Assembly: GCA_003963145.1 (NCBI GenBank)
Contig: RXJJ01000001.1
Span: 217,358-281,357, forward strand
From: Bradyrhizobiaceae bacterium
Lineage (GTDB): Bacteria; Pseudomonadota; Alphaproteobacteria; Rhizobiales; Xanthobacteraceae
DNA: 64,000 bases
Direction: 5' to 3'
The notes under the pieces are model-generated. The model searched no databases, was not told where the DNA came from, and saw nothing but the letters and a program-made list of their open reading frames with translations. Shown here piece after piece: positions 1-11,388 of this stretch. Within the stretch, counting starts at the first letter, position 1. Every line of letters begins with the position of its first letter. Made by a program: the position numbers and the translations under genes.

Positions 1-344
1 TGACCCGCCTTGACTTTCGCAGTGAAAGCCTCCTCGGTCACGGTCAGGGGATTGGTGTTCGGCATTTCAAAGACGGCGGTGACACCGCCCATCACCGCGC
101 TGCGCGAGCCGGTTTCGAGATCTTCCTTGTGGGTCAAGCCCGGCTCGCGGAAATGAACCTGGGTGTCGATCACGCCGGGTAAAATGTGGAGTCCCTTGCA
201 GTCGATCACCTCGCCCGCGCTGGCGCCGCCGAGCGGGCCGAGGGCCGCGATGCGGCCGCCGGAAATGGCAATGTCGCGTTGGCCTTCGCCGTCCTGATTG
301 ACGACGGTGGCTCCTTTTAGAATTGTGTCAAATGTCAGCGCCAT
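1..344 (-). CDS. pyrC: Dihydroorotase (N-terminal part; runs off the window edge)
   Basis: Manual translation from ATG at 344: [15 protein letters not shown]...[15 protein letters not shown]...[12 protein letters not shown], the amidohydrolase/dihydroorotase metal-binding region. Confidence 0.85.
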   Translation of the reverse strand, partial: MALTFDTILKGATVVNQDGEGQRDIAISGGRIAALGPLGGASAGEVIDCKGLHILPGVIDTQVHFREPGLTHKEDLETGSRSAVMGGVTAVFEMPNTNPLTVTEEAFTAKVKAG

Positions 345-484
345 AGCTCTCAAAGCACCGTTTCAGCAAGGGACAAGGCCCTCGCGGGCCTTGTTGCAAG
401 CACTCTACAGCCTTACCTTGACGAGGGGTACCCGCGAGGCGTGTTTCCCCAAGAACCTGAAGTATTTTCCCGTCTGGCCCTCCG

Positions 485-1369
485 ATGAAAGCAGCCCTTC
501 TTCCTGAACGCGGCGTAGTAAAAGTCAGCGGCGAAGCTGCGCGGAGCTTCATCAACAATCTCGTCACGACGGACCTCGACAGGCTGATTTCCGGCGAGGC
601 GCGATTCGGCGCGCTGCTGACGCCGCAGGGCAAGATCATCGCCGATTTCCTGGTGACAGAAACCGCCAACGGCGAACTGCTCTTCGATTGCCCGCGGGAA
701 CTGGCACAGTCCTTCGCCGACCGTCTCGCCTTCTACAAACTGCGCGCCAAAGTCAGCATTGCAAATGTCTCGGAGGACTATGCGATATTTGCGGTCTGGG
801 ATGGCGAGCCTGCCGGACAACATGCCCTCGTGTTTGCCGATCCCCGCGATCCCGCGCTGGGCTGGCGGGTTCTCGCGCCGGCGGACTCGGCGCCGTCTCT
901 GGCCACAACCCTTGGCGCCCAGATATCAGATGAACCCGGCTACGAAGCGCATCGGATCGCCTGCGGCGTACCGCGCGGCGGCGCAGACTTCAGCTACGGC
1001 GATGCCTTTCCGCACGAAACCAATATGGACCGTCTGCACGGAGTCGATTTCGACAAGGGCTGCTATATCGGCCAGGAGGTCGTCTCCCGCATGCAGCACC
1101 GCGGCACGGCGCGCACGCGCATCCTGCGCGTCACTCTTGACGCCGAGCCGCCGGCACCCGGCACACCGATCATGGCCGGCGACAAGTCCATTGGCACGAT
1201 GGGCTCATCCACGAAAGATTCAACCGGACAAGTCATCGGCCTCGCCCTGATCCGGACGGATCGCGCCAGCGATGCAATCGATGCCGGATGGCTATTGTCC
1301 GCAGGCAGCGCCCAGGTTTCATTTGTCTCGCCGGACGAGGTTCGCGCGCCTGCGAAAGCATCCGCATGA
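485..1369 (+). CDS. ygfZ: Folate-binding Fe-S cluster repair protein YgfZ
   Basis: Signature KGCYIGQEVVSR; GcvT-like N-terminus. Confidence 0.92.
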   Translation: MKAALLPERGVVKVSGEAARSFINNLVTTDLDRLISGEARFGALLTPQGKIIADFLVTETANGELLFDCPRELAQSFADRLAFYKLRAKVSIANVSEDYAIFAVWDGEPAGQHALVFADPRDPALGWRVLAPADSAPSLATTLGAQISDEPGYEAHRIACGVPRGGADFSYGDAFPHETNMDRLHGVDFDKGCYIGQEVVSRMQHRGTARTRILRVTLDAEPPAPGTPIMAGDKSIGTMGSSTKDSTGQVIGLALIRTDRASDAIDAGWLLSAGSAQVSFVSPDEVRAPAKASA

Positions 1370-2040
1370 GCGGTGCCAAACGTCACGCCGATGGGCTGCA
1401 TCGCTGCCCGTGGCCGGGCGAAGACCCGCTTTATGTCGCCTACCACGACACCGAGTGGGGCGTGCCTGAATATGACGACCGTGCGCTGTTCGAAAAACTG
1501 ATCCTCGACGGGTTTCAGGCCGGCCTGTCCTGGATCACGATCCTGCGCAAACGCGAAAATTTCCGCAAAGCCTTCGACAATTTCGATCCCGTGAAAATCG
1601 CGCGCTACGACAGCAGGAAAATCGCGGCGCTGATGAACGATGCCGGCATCGTGCGCAACCGAGCCAAGATCGAAGGGACGGTGAACAGCGCCAAGGCCTA
1701 TCTCAAGATCATGGACGAAGGGCCGGGCTTCTCCAAACTGCTGTGGAGCTTCGTCGGCGGCAAGCCGATGGTCAACGCCCGCAAGACGATCGCCAGCGTT
1801 CCCGCCTCAACGCCTGAATCGGTGGCGATGTCCAAGGAACTGCTCAAGCACGGTTTCAAGTTTGTCGGCCCGACCATTGTCTATGCCTTCATGCAGGCGA
1901 CCGGCATGGTCGACGATCATCTCGTGTCGTGCCATTGCCACGGCACGACCGGCAAGGCAAAGCGGAGGTCTCGCAATCGCGCGGCAAAAAAGCCGGCAGG
2001 CGCAAAGAAGAAACCGGCGAAAAACGCAAAAGCTAGATGA
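1366..2040 (+). CDS. tag: DNA-3-methyladenine glycosylase I with Lys-rich C-terminal tail
   Basis: RCPW...YHDTEWG, LFEKLILDGFQAGLSW, FKFVGPTIVYAFMQATG; ATGA overlap with ygfZ stop. Confidence 0.92.
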   Translation: MSGAKRHADGLHRCPWPGEDPLYVAYHDTEWGVPEYDDRALFEKLILDGFQAGLSWITILRKRENFRKAFDNFDPVKIARYDSRKIAALMNDAGIVRNRAKIEGTVNSAKAYLKIMDEGPGFSKLLWSFVGGKPMVNARKTIASVPASTPESVAMSKELLKHGFKFVGPTIVYAFMQATGMVDDHLVSCHCHGTTGKAKRRSRNRAAKKPAGAKKKPAKNAKAR

Positions 2041-2654
2041 CGGTGGCAAAAAAAACCGCGACCAAAACCGGCGCACGCGCCTGGCAGCGCATGCTGTCCG
2101 GCCGGCGGCTCGATCTGCTTGATCCTTCTCCGCTCGATATCGAAGTGGAAGACATCGCCCATGGACTTGCCCGCGTCGCACGCTGGAACGGGCAAACCCA
2201 GGGCGCGCACATCTTTTCGGTTGCGCAGCACACATTGCTGGTCGAAGCCGTTCTGCGCGCGCAGACCCCGCGCGTGGATCACCGCATCCGTCTCGCAGCG
2301 ATGCTGCACGACGCACCGGAATATGTGATCGGCGACATGATTTCGCCCTTCAAGGCCGTGATCGGCGGCTCCTACAAGCAGGTGGAAAAACGCCTGCTCT
2401 CCGCGATCCATGTGCGTTTCGGCCTGCCTGCTGTATTGCCCGGCGAGATCGAACAGCAGATCAAGGCCGCAGACATGGGTGCGGCCTATCTTGAAGCGAC
2501 GCGCCTTGCCGGTTTCGGCGAGGCGGAAGCACGACGGTTGTTCGGGCGCGATCCGAAACTGCCGGCGCCGATCGAACACGACTATGTCGCGCCGTGGCCA
2601 GCGATCAAGGCGGAGAAGCGATTTCTGGCGCGCTTCAAGAGTGTGCTCGGCTAG
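2037..2654 (+). CDS. HD-domain hydrolase (YfbR-like)
   Basis: SVAQH and LHDAPEY...D motifs; ATGA overlap with tag. Confidence 0.85.
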   Translation: MTVAKKTATKTGARAWQRMLSGRRLDLLDPSPLDIEVEDIAHGLARVARWNGQTQGAHIFSVAQHTLLVEAVLRAQTPRVDHRIRLAAMLHDAPEYVIGDMISPFKAVIGGSYKQVEKRLLSAIHVRFGLPAVLPGEIEQQIKAADMGAAYLEATRLAGFGEAEARRLFGRDPKLPAPIEHDYVAPWPAIKAEKRFLARFKSVLG

Positions 2655-2738
2655 CGATCATATGGGCTGAACCCATATGTTCCGGCCTTTCACGCGGCCG
2701 TGGCCTGCCGTATATACGGCGTCAACAACAGGAAAAAC

Positions 2739-3245
2739 ATGATCTACGTCTGCTCGCTCGCCGATCTTCACGCCACGGTCAAGGCCTCCGGCGCCTCGCA
2801 TATCCTCACCGTCATGGGCAAGGTCGAGAAGGCCGCACGCCCGGCTTCGGTGCATGAGGCCAACCATATGCTGATTTCCATGGACGACATCACCGAGCCA
2901 GCGGACGGTTTCACCGCGCCTTCATTGTCGCATGTCGAGCGGGCGCTCACGTTCGTGCGCGGCTGGGACCGTGCAGCTCCACTGGTCATCCATTGTTTCG
3001 CAGGCATCAGCCGTTCCACCGCAAGCGCTTTCATGGCCGCCTGCGCTCTCAATCCCGATCGTGACGAAACCGATATCGCCAGACAGATCCGCTCCGCCTC
3101 GCCGAGCGCGAGCCCGAACCGCCTGATCGTCACATTGGCGGATCAGGCGCTCGGCCGCGACGGGCGGATGGTCCGTGCCCTCGACGAAATGGGTCCGGGT
3201 GCGATGACCATCGAAAGCCGCCCGTTCCGCATCGACATTCACTGA
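2739..3245 (+). CDS. Protein tyrosine phosphatase-like protein
   Basis: P-loop HCFAGISRS (CX5R); start placed at MIYVCS behind AGGA. Confidence 0.85.
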   Translation: MIYVCSLADLHATVKASGASHILTVMGKVEKAARPASVHEANHMLISMDDITEPADGFTAPSLSHVERALTFVRGWDRAAPLVIHCFAGISRSTASAFMAACALNPDRDETDIARQIRSASPSASPNRLIVTLADQALGRDGRMVRALDEMGPGAMTIESRPFRIDIH

Positions 3246-3251
3246 CGCCGC

Positions 3252-4232
3252 ATGAGCGACAAACGCCCCACCCCTCTTGAGATTGGACTGACGGCGGCGA
3301 TCGTATCCATCGACGGCAATGAGCCTCTGATCCTCACCGCTCCGGGCAGCGGCGACGAACTCGGCGGCCTTCCGTTCGGACCGTTTAATCCGGTCGCGCA
3401 CCGCACGTTCGAAATCGGGCTGCGGTCCTGGGTGGAGGAACAGACCGGCCTGCAACTCGGTTATGTCGAACAGCTCTACACCTTCGGCGACCGGGGGCGG
3501 CACGCCCTTGTTGGCAGCACCGACGTACATGTGGCCTCCATCGGCTATCTCGCACTGACCCGCGCCGCCGACAACACGTCGAAGCCGCAAGTCGCCGGCG
3601 CGAGCTTCGAGCCGTGGTATCGTTACTTTCCATGGGAGGACTGGCGCAGCAGCAAGCCCGCAGTCATCGATAAAGATATTCTGCCTGTGCTGACCGAATG
3701 GGCCGCCCGGTCGGAAACGCCGAACACCTCACGCGCACTGAGCCGCAAGGATCGAGTCCGGCTCTATTTCGGTTTCGAGGGGGCGCACTGGGATGAGGAG
3801 CGCGTGCTCGACCGCTACGAGCTTCTCTATGAAGCGGGCCTGATCGAGGAAGCGCGGCGTGACGGACGTCCTGCCGCTCTGGAGCGCAAATCGTTACCGG
3901 TGCTTGGGATGCCGATGCGCTTCGATCATCGCCGCATCCTCGCCACAGCCATCGCGCGGCTGCGGGCGAAACTCAAATATCGCCCGGTCGTGTTCGAATT
4001 GCTGCCGCCTGAATTCACACTGACCGATCTGCAGCGAACGGTGGAGGCGATTTCAGGACGCCACCTGCACAAGCAGAACTTCCGCCGCCTTGTCGAATCC
4101 GGCGCGCTGGTCGAATCCACTGGCGAGATGTCGACGCTGACCGGCGGACGGCCCGCAGCTCTCTATCGATTCAGACGAGAGGTTTTGCAGGAGCGCCCGG
4201 CTCCCGGCCTGCGGGTGCGCGGACGGCGCTGA
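3252..4232 (+). CDS. nadQ: Nudix-like transcriptional regulator of NAD synthesis (NadQ/NrtR type)
   Basis: Nudix-like N-terminus (EQLYTFGD), wHTH C-terminus (FTLTDLQ...KQNFRR...GGRPAALYRF); matching palindromes upstream of nadA. Confidence 0.8.
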   Translation: MSDKRPTPLEIGLTAAIVSIDGNEPLILTAPGSGDELGGLPFGPFNPVAHRTFEIGLRSWVEEQTGLQLGYVEQLYTFGDRGRHALVGSTDVHVASIGYLALTRAADNTSKPQVAGASFEPWYRYFPWEDWRSSKPAVIDKDILPVLTEWAARSETPNTSRALSRKDRVRLYFGFEGAHWDEERVLDRYELLYEAGLIEEARRDGRPAALERKSLPVLGMPMRFDHRRILATAIARLRAKLKYRPVVFELLPPEFTLTDLQRTVEAISGRHLHKQNFRRLVESGALVESTGEMSTLTGGRPAALYRFRREVLQERPAPGLRVRGRR

Positions 4233-4247
4233 AATCCCGGCTGCGAT

Positions 4248-4799
4248 CTATTCAGCCGTCGACTTGCGAAGTTCGACCACCGGCTCTGAACGGGTAGCCG
4301 GCTCGGTCTTGGCCGGAGCAGCCTCCGCCCGCGAGGCATCCGCCGATTGAGTCGGCTCGCTGGCGCGGGACGCGTGGGGGCGTGACATCGCTCGGGTTAG
4401 CAAGGTGCGGACATTGCCCTGCCGGCGGAAATCGCAATAAGCGAACCCGAGGCCGGAGAGCGAACCGCGGAAGCTGATTTCATCGACCTTGTTGAGGTTG
4501 AAGCACGGATCGAAAGGCATGCCGCGGATCGATGCGCAGACCGATCCGGAGCGGACCTGCAGCGTATTGCTGGGCAAGCGCATATGGCGGACCTGAGGCG
4601 AACCGCCAAACTGCACCGAGCCGACGGCCGAACCGTCGTCGAAGATACGGCCGACGCCACGCGTGCCGTCGAAGCAGTTGAAGGAGAACAATTTGTTGGC
4701 GACGAATTTGCGCGCCTGATCGGCATTCATCCAGTCGGCAGACGCCGAAGAGACCGCCGTCACCGCGAGCAAAATTCCAAATCCGAAACGCGCGAACAT
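4248..4799 (-). CDS. Secreted hypothetical protein
   Basis: Signal peptide MFARFGFGILLAVTAVSSASA; four Cys; start chosen at 4799 inside the longer track ORF. Confidence 0.7.
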   Translation of the reverse strand: MFARFGFGILLAVTAVSSASADWMNADQARKFVANKLFSFNCFDGTRGVGRIFDDGSAVGSVQFGGSPQVRHMRLPSNTLQVRSGSVCASIRGMPFDPCFNLNKVDEISFRGSLSGLGFAYCDFRRQGNVRTLLTRAMSRPHASRASEPTQSADASRAEAAPAKTEPATRSEPVVELRKSTAE

Positions 4800-4925
4800 G
4801 CGGAAACTCCAACTCGACTGACCTGATGGCTTGCGATAACCGCCGGGCGGCCTCGTCTTAACCCGTTGAATACCATACCAACCGTGGCAACAATGGAGCA
4901 GCATGGTTTGCAAAGTCTGAACGCC

Positions 4926-5915
4926 TCAGGAGATTTTCACAACCAGGCGTCCGCGAATCTGGCCCGCGAGAATTTTGGGGCCGGTTTCGATAACCTGGTC
5001 CAGACCGATTTCATGAGTGATTTCAGCCATTTTTGACTGGTCGAGATCGGTGGTCAAGCGCTGCCAGGCCAGTTTCCGGATCGGCAGCGGACACATCACA
5101 GAGTCGATACCCAAAAGGCACACCCCGCGCAAAATGAATGGCGCGACCGAGGTCGGCAGGTCCATGCCACCGGCGAGCCCGCACGCGGCGATGGCGCCGT
5201 GATATTTCGTCATCGACAGAAGGTTGGCGAGCGTCGTGGAACCGACGCTGTCGACGCCGCCTGCCCAGCGCTCCTTGGCGAGCGGCTTGGCGGGGCCGGA
5301 CAACTCGTTGCGGTCGATCACCTCGGCAGCCCCGAGCCCACGCAGATAGTCAGCTTCGCTGGTACGGCCGGTCGAGGCAATGACATGGTAGCCGAGCTTC
5401 GACAACAACGCGACCGCGACCGAGCCGACACCGCCGGCAGCGCCGGTGACGATCATCGGGCCATCCTTCGGCACAAGACCCTGTCTTTCCAGCGCCAGCA
5501 CCGACAGCATCGCCGTGAGTCCTGCGGTGCCGATGGCCATCGCGTCGCGTCCGCTCATCCCTTCAGGCAGTCTGACCAGCCAGTCGCCTTTCACGCGCGC
5601 ACGTTCGGCGAAGGCACCGAGATGCGTTTCACCAAGACCCCATCCGGTGCAGATCACCTTGTCGCCCGGCTGCCAGTCGGGATGCGCGGACTGAATGACG
5701 CTTCCGGCAAAATCGACACCGGCGATCATCGGAAACCGCCGCACCACGGGCGCCTTGCCGGTGACGGCGAGACCGTCCTTGTAATTGACCGTGGACCATT
5801 CGACAGCAACAGTGACATCGCCATCCATCAGTTCGGCTTCGTCAAACTGAGTCAGCGTTGCAGTCGTACCCTTGTCGGCCTTGTCGATCCTGATCGCTTT
5901 GAAGCTGGACACCAC
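4926..5915 (-). CDS. acuI: MDR-family NADPH oxidoreductase (acrylyl-CoA reductase AcuI/YhdH type)
   Basis: [26 protein letters not shown] motifs. Confidence 0.85.
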   Translation of the reverse strand: MVSSFKAIRIDKADKGTTATLTQFDEAELMDGDVTVAVEWSTVNYKDGLAVTGKAPVVRRFPMIAGVDFAGSVIQSAHPDWQPGDKVICTGWGLGETHLGAFAERARVKGDWLVRLPEGMSGRDAMAIGTAGLTAMLSVLALERQGLVPKDGPMIVTGAAGGVGSVAVALLSKLGYHVIASTGRTSEADYLRGLGAAEVIDRNELSGPAKPLAKERWAGGVDSVGSTTLANLLSMTKYHGAIAACGLAGGMDLPTSVAPFILRGVCLLGIDSVMCPLPIRKLAWQRLTTDLDQSKMAEITHEIGLDQVIETGPKILAGQIRGRLVVKIS

Positions 5916-6066
5916 GTTCTCCCCTATTGATGTGGCGGGACACTAATCAGATGCCGCGGCGCGTCAATTTCGATCTCCATCAAAACTGCATTGCAGGTCC
6001 TATCGCCGGCTGACGATTTTATTTGCGTACGCATCTGGCGAGGAGACAGAAGACCTGTTATATTAC

Positions 6067-6087
6067 TTATGCTCGTTTTGAGAATAA
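6067..6087. promoter_or_regulatory. NadQ-type operator, site 1
   Basis: TTATGCTCGTTTTGAGAATAA, an imperfect palindrome matching ttATRCTC-N5-GAGYATaa. Confidence 0.7.
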
Positions 6088-6185
6088 GAAACTCGGACGG
6101 CGCTGAAACCTTCGCAAGGGTGCGGAGTCGTTTCAAAGCAGGATCGAGACGTGCCGGCCCTTGGGCCGGATTTCTCAGACCCTAT

Positions 6186-6206
6186 ATATGCTCAAATTGA
6201 GTATAT
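6186..6206. promoter_or_regulatory. NadQ-type operator, site 2
   Basis: ATATGCTCAAATTGAGTATAT, a near-perfect palindrome ending 18 nt before the nadA ATG. Confidence 0.8.
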
Positions 6207-6224
6207 ATAGCCAGGGAGGCCATC

Positions 6225-7367
6225 ATGGCTGTTGAAACATCGACGTTTGAAAAGACGGCGCTTGCCGGCCTTTACGGACCGGAAGATTTCGGTGGTCTCG
6301 CGCATAAGAATGCCAACGCAGCCGTTCGCGGTCGTATCACTGCGGAGGATCGCGCTCGCGCGCTGCCAATGCCATCGCTGGAATGGACGCCGGAAGTCGA
6401 ACGCGCGACCGCTCACCTCTATGAGAGGGTCAAAGCCGTCATTCCGCCGGTCGAATGGCCGTTCATGGCGCCTTACGTCAAGGCTATCAACGAACTGAAA
6501 CGCGAGCGCAACGCCGTGATCCTGGCCCACAACTATCAGACGCCGGAGATTTTCAACTGCGTGTCCGACATTGTCGGCGACTCGCTCAAGCTCGCCATCG
6601 AAGCCACCAAGGTGAAAGCCGACGTGATCGTTCAGTGCGGCGTGCACTTCATGGCCGAGACGTCAAAAATTCTGAACCCGTCGAAGACGGTGCTGATCCC
6701 CGATTCGCGCGCGGGCTGCTCGCTCGCCTCCTCCATCACGGGCGAGGACGTGCGCCTGCTGCGTGAGCGCTTCCCCGGCGTGCCGGTGGTCGCCTATGTC
6801 AACACGTCTGCCGACGTGAAGGCGGAGGTCGATATCTGCTGCACCTCCTCCAACGCAGTGCAGGTAGTGGAAAGCCTCGGCTCCGATACCGTGATCATGG
6901 TGCCGGACCAGTATCTTGCGAAATACGTCGCCTCGAAAACGAAGGTGAAGATCATCGCCTGGAAAGGCGCGTGCGAGGTGCACGAACGCTTCACAGGGGA
7001 TGAGTTGCGCAGCTATCGCGAAGCCGATCCCAGCGTGCAGATCATCGCGCATCCCGAATGCCCGCCGGACGTGATCGCGGAGGCCGACTTCACCGGCTCG
7101 ACCGCTCACATGATCGACTGGGTTCGCAAGAACCATCCCCAGCGCGTCGTGATGGTCACCGAGTGTTCGATGGCCGACAATGTGCAGGCGGAACTGCCCC
7201 AGATCGAGTTCGTCAAGCCGTGCAATCTGTGCCCGCATATGAAGCGCATCACGCTGCCGAAGATCTTGGACAGCCTGATCTACATGCGCGAGGAAGTGAC
7301 CGTCGATCCGATGATCGCTGAAAAAGCGCGCCGTTCGGTCGAACGGATGATCAATCTGAAAAACTGA
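6225..7367 (+). CDS. nadA: Quinolinate synthase
   Basis: [34 protein letters not shown] motifs. Confidence 0.95.
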   Translation: MAVETSTFEKTALAGLYGPEDFGGLAHKNANAAVRGRITAEDRARALPMPSLEWTPEVERATAHLYERVKAVIPPVEWPFMAPYVKAINELKRERNAVILAHNYQTPEIFNCVSDIVGDSLKLAIEATKVKADVIVQCGVHFMAETSKILNPSKTVLIPDSRAGCSLASSITGEDVRLLRERFPGVPVVAYVNTSADVKAEVDICCTSSNAVQVVESLGSDTVIMVPDQYLAKYVASKTKVKIIAWKGACEVHERFTGDELRSYREADPSVQIIAHPECPPDVIAEADFTGSTAHMIDWVRKNHPQRVVMVTECSMADNVQAELPQIEFVKPCNLCPHMKRITLPKILDSLIYMREEVTVDPMIAEKARRSVERMINLKN

Positions 7368-7447
7368 TTGATCCCAAAACTCCTGTGGCCGGTGCCGGCC
7401 ACAGCCGCCTTCCCGGGCGTTCTTTCCAGAAGCATTGGGGCGAGCCG

Positions 7448-9043
7448 ATGAGCAACATTTCCGATACGCGGCAGATCGACGACATCGTCATTGTCGGAGG
7501 CGGACTCGCCGGCCTGTTCTGCGCGCTGAAGCTTGCGCCGCGTCCCGTCACAGTGATCTCGGCGGCGCCACTCGGTCAGGGTGCATCCACGGCATGGGCG
7601 CAGGGCGGCATCGCCGCGGCGGTTGCGGAAGGCGACAGCGCCGAATCTCACGCGGCGGACACCATCGCTGTCGGCGGCGGTATCGTCGATGAAACCGTCG
7701 CGCTCGGCCTCGCGCGCGAAGCCGGTGCACGTATTCATGATCTCTTGCAGTACGGCGTACCGTTCGACCGCGATCTTGAAGGACGGCTTGCCGTCAGCCG
7801 CGAGGCGGCCCATTCCGCGCGGCGCATCGTCCATGTGGAGGGCGACCGCGCCGGCCATGCGATTATCGCGGCGCTGATCGAGACCGTGAGGAAAACGCCG
7901 TCGATCCGGGTCATCGAAGGTTATTCCGCCGAGGCACTGCTCACACAGGATAACGCCGTGACCGGTCTGCAACTGCGCAAGGCCGGCGACGACATCGCAA
8001 AACCGCTGACCGTGCCCGCGCGCGCCGTGGTGCTTGCCACCGGCGGCATCGGACATCTTTATGCTGTCACCACCAACCCCGCTGAAGCAAGCGGCATCGG
8101 CCTTGCGATCGCGGCCCGCGCCGGAGCGGTGATCGCCGATCCGGAGTTCGTGCAGTTTCATCCGACCGCCATCATGATCGGCCGCGATCCCGCGCCACTC
8201 GCCACTGAAGCGCTCCGCGGCGAAGGCGCGACGCTGATCAATGGTGACGGCGAACGTTTCATGGTGGCGCTGCATCCGCTCGCCGAGCTCGCGCCGCGCG
8301 ACATCGTCGCGCGCGGCGTATTTGCGGAAATTGCTGCCGGACACGGCGCATTTCTCGATGCCACCAAGGCGCTCGGCGAAAAATTCCAGCACGAGTTTCC
8401 CACGGTTTACGCAAGCTGCATCGCGGGCGGTGTCGATCCCGTTACCCAGCCGATTCCCATCGCGCCCGCCGCGCACTACCACATGGGCGGCATCGCGGTG
8501 GATGAACACGGCCGCACATCCATCGCCAACCTCTGGGCCGGCGGCGAGGTCTCGAGCACCGGCGCGCATGGTGCCAATCGGCTGGCCTCGAATTCGCTGC
8601 TCGAGGCCGTGGTCTTCGCCGCGCGCATTGCCGAAGACATCGGCGGCCGCAGTTTCGAAACCGCCGGTCCGCTTGAACAGATTGCAGCGCCGCGCAACTG
8701 CGCCATGCCGCCTCTGGTCGAAAGCAACCTTCGCGCGATGATGAGCGCCAATGTCGGCGTCATCCGCAATGGCAAGGGTCTGGCGGAGGCGGTGCGGGCT
8801 TTCGCCGCGATTGAAAAAGACACCGGCAATATCGCCCTTCGCAACATGGCGACCACGGCGCTGATCGTGTCGGCGTCGGCGTGGGCCCGGCGCGAGAGCC
8901 GCGGCGCGCATTATCGCTCGGACTATCCCGTCGAGAAGCCCGCGCTCGCCAAGCGTACCATGACCACGCTGGCGGCGGCGCGCGAGATCGCCGCGCGTCT
9001 TTCGGAAGAAACGGACACAACGGCTTTGCCGCTGAGCGCGTGA
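7448..9043 (+). CDS. nadB: L-aspartate oxidase
   Basis: GGGLAG FAD motif, [30 protein letters not shown]. Confidence 0.95.
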   Translation: MSNISDTRQIDDIVIVGGGLAGLFCALKLAPRPVTVISAAPLGQGASTAWAQGGIAAAVAEGDSAESHAADTIAVGGGIVDETVALGLAREAGARIHDLLQYGVPFDRDLEGRLAVSREAAHSARRIVHVEGDRAGHAIIAALIETVRKTPSIRVIEGYSAEALLTQDNAVTGLQLRKAGDDIAKPLTVPARAVVLATGGIGHLYAVTTNPAEASGIGLAIAARAGAVIADPEFVQFHPTAIMIGRDPAPLATEALRGEGATLINGDGERFMVALHPLAELAPRDIVARGVFAEIAAGHGAFLDATKALGEKFQHEFPTVYASCIAGGVDPVTQPIPIAPAAHYHMGGIAVDEHGRTSIANLWAGGEVSSTGAHGANRLASNSLLEAVVFAARIAEDIGGRSFETAGPLEQIAAPRNCAMPPLVESNLRAMMSANVGVIRNGKGLAEAVRAFAAIEKDTGNIALRNMATTALIVSASAWARRESRGAHYRSDYPVEKPALAKRTMTTLAAAREIAARLSEETDTTALPLSA

Positions 9044-9045
9044 CG

Positions 9046-9933
9046 ATGAGCGATATCGCCGACCCCGCCTCGCTTCAATATCCCGACGCGTTCCTGTCGC
9101 CGCTTGTGATCGGCGAGGCCGTGACGCGCGCGCTCGACGAGGATCTCGGACACGCGGGTGACGTGACCTCGATCGCCACGATTCCCACCAAGGCCTCCGC
9201 GCACGCCGTGATGGTGGCGCGGCAGGCCGGCGTGATTGCTGGCTTGCCGCTGGCGGTGGCGGCGTTTCAAAAACTCTCGCATGACATTCGCATCCAGGCG
9301 CACGCCCGCGACGGCAAGGCCGTCGCGAAAGGCACCACACTGCTGACCGTCTCGGGTCCGGCGCGGGCGGTTCTTGCAGGCGAGCGGACGGCGCTGAATT
9401 TCGTCGGGCGGCTGTCCGGAATCGCCACATTAACTGCGGATTACGTCGCCGTTACCTGTAATTCGAAGCTGCGGATCTGCTGCACCCGCAAGACCACGCC
9501 CGGTCTGCGCGCGCTGGAAAAATATGCCGTGCGCTGCGGCGGCGGATTCAACCATCGTTTCGGGCTCGACGATGCGATCCTGATCAAGGACAACCACATC
9601 GCGGTCGCCGGCGGCATCACGGCCGTTCTGAAACGCGCACGCGCCCATGCCGGACACCTCGTCAAGATCGAGATCGAAGTCGATACGCTCGACCAGTTGC
9701 GCGAGGTTCTGGACACCGGCCTGGCCGATGTCGTGATGCTGGACAATATGAACATCGCGACATTGCACGAGGCGGTGAAGATCGCGGCCGGACGGGTGGT
9801 GCTGGAAGTCTCCGGCGGCGTCACGCTGTCCTCGATTCCGGAAATCGCGAAAACCGGAGTCGACTACGCCTCCTCCGGCGCCCTCACCCACTCCGCGCCG
9901 AATTTCGACGTCGCGCTCGATATCGATGTCTGA
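9046..9933 (+). CDS. nadC: Nicotinate-nucleotide pyrophosphorylase (carboxylating)
   Basis: [35 protein letters not shown]. Confidence 0.95.
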   Translation: MSDIADPASLQYPDAFLSPLVIGEAVTRALDEDLGHAGDVTSIATIPTKASAHAVMVARQAGVIAGLPLAVAAFQKLSHDIRIQAHARDGKAVAKGTTLLTVSGPARAVLAGERTALNFVGRLSGIATLTADYVAVTCNSKLRICCTRKTTPGLRALEKYAVRCGGGFNHRFGLDDAILIKDNHIAVAGGITAVLKRARAHAGHLVKIEIEVDTLDQLREVLDTGLADVVMLDNMNIATLHEAVKIAAGRVVLEVSGGVTLSSIPEIAKTGVDYASSGALTHSAPNFDVALDIDV

Positions 9934-9936
9934 CGA

Positions 9937-11388
9937 TCAACGGCGGGGAGTCGATTCCGACTGCTCTGCCGTGCTTTTGGCTTCGGCCAAAAGCTGCGCC
10001 GAAATCGCCGCTGTGTCGGCGGCGTCGCCCCAGCTCGGCGCTTCATGGCCGTCCCCCCACGCACGCGGCCTGTAGAATGTGTGGACGCCGTATTTCCACA
10101 TCTTCTTCATTTCGCCGACCCATGACGGGCGGACCCAGTACGCATGATAGTGCGTGGACTTGCCGACTTCAGGCAGCCAGATCAGGCCGTCGAGCATCGC
10201 CTTGGAGATTTTCTTGGCGCGTTCCCACATCTCCGGCTCGTCCACGACTTCCTTCACGTTGTCGCAGGCGAAGGTGAACTGACACGCGAGATGACGGTGC
10301 TTGTTCTGATAGACCACGCCGCACACCGTGGTCGGGTAGAAACCGGAGAACGCGCGGTTGAGCACGACCTGCGCCACCGCCATCTGTCCGCGCACCGCTT
10401 CGCCGCGCGCCTCGTAATAAATGGCCTCGGTCAGGCACTTTTCAGATTTCGCGCGCGACTCCGCGTCAAGCTTAAGCCGCTCGGCCGGCGTCTTCGGGCG
10501 CTGGTTCTCGCCGGTCACCTCGCCCTTGCTGGCGATGGTTTCGCCGCCGGATGAAATTTCCGGCGGGGCGGAGGGCAGCGATGCAAGCTGCTTCATGTCC
10601 GGATCGGCTGCGGGAGGCGTCACAATGGTCGGCTCCTCGCCCGGGTCCCATCGTTCCAGCGATCCGCCGGAGGAGCCAAGCGACGCATTTCCGAAAAACA
10701 GGCTGGAGGTCTTTACGGCGAACGGATCGACCGGAACGGTTTCGACCGGCGCCACGCTTCCATCCGGCGCGGCATGCAGCGCGGCCAGCGCGCTGTCGTT
10801 CAGCGTGCCATCCTCATCGGGCTTGGCCGGATCGTATTGCGGCAGTTGCGGCGCGCGCAGCGCGGCCTGCAATTCCTCGTCGAGCGCCGGCCCTGCTTCA
10901 GTACCTTGTTCGGCGGTTTTGGCACCTTTCACCGAAGCATTGTCGGTCGGCGAGGCTTCATTGTGATCGGGCGCAGCTGCAGGCTGCTCGATAGCAGGCG
11001 GCACGAACACGGGAAGCCGGTCGCCCTTGTTGGTGCGCACGACCTGCGGAAAATCGGCGGCCTTCAGCGGTTTCGTCGACTGTCCGAGCGGATTGCGGTC
11101 GATCGAACCGGTAATATCGACACCCTGGCTGTCGAGGCTGGCGAGCCGATAGGACGCCGTCTCCGGGACGCTGGTGCCGATCGGGCGAACGAAATTGAAG
11201 GAAGCGACCTGCATCGTGCGCCGCGAGGACGCGAAAATATACTGCTGCCAGCGCTGAGCGACGCCGGGTTGCTGTGCGAGCAAGGCGGCGATGTCCTGGT
11301 AACCGATCTGTGTCGGGCAAAGAAGAGCCAGACCGAGAACAAAGCTGAAGGGCGCGAACCGCGCGCCCTTCAACCTGTTACGCAACAT
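9937..11388 (-). CDS. Cell wall hydrolase, SleB family
   Basis: CLTEAIYYEARGE, VAQVVLNR, CQFTFACD, STHYHAYWVRPSW in the C-terminal domain; start approximate. Confidence 0.85.
   Translation of the reverse strand: MLRNRLKGARFAPFSFVLGLALLCPTQIGYQDIAALLAQQPGVAQRWQQYIFASSRRTMQVASFNFVRPIGTSVPETASYRLASLDSQGVDITGSIDRNPLGQSTKPLKAADFPQVVRTNKGDRLPVFVPPAIEQPAAAPDHNEASPTDNASVKGAKTAEQGTEAGPALDEELQAALRAPQLPQYDPAKPDEDGTLNDSALAALHAAPDGSVAPVETVPVDPFAVKTSSLFFGNASLGSSGGSLERWDPGEEPTIVTPPAADPDMKQLASLPSAPPEISSGGETIASKGEVTGENQRPKTPAERLKLDAESRAKSEKCLTEAIYYEARGEAVRGQMAVAQVVLNRAFSGFYPTTVCGVVYQNKHRHLACQFTFACDNVKEVVDEPEMWERAKKISKAMLDGLIWLPEVGKSTHYHAYWVRPSWVGEMKKMWKYGVHTFYRPRAWGDGHEAPSWGDAADTAAISAQLLAEAKSTAEQSESTPRR

Noticed and set aside
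7280-9430. 716-aa minus-strand ORF over nadB/nadC
   Set aside because: Antisense shadow of well-supported nad genes.
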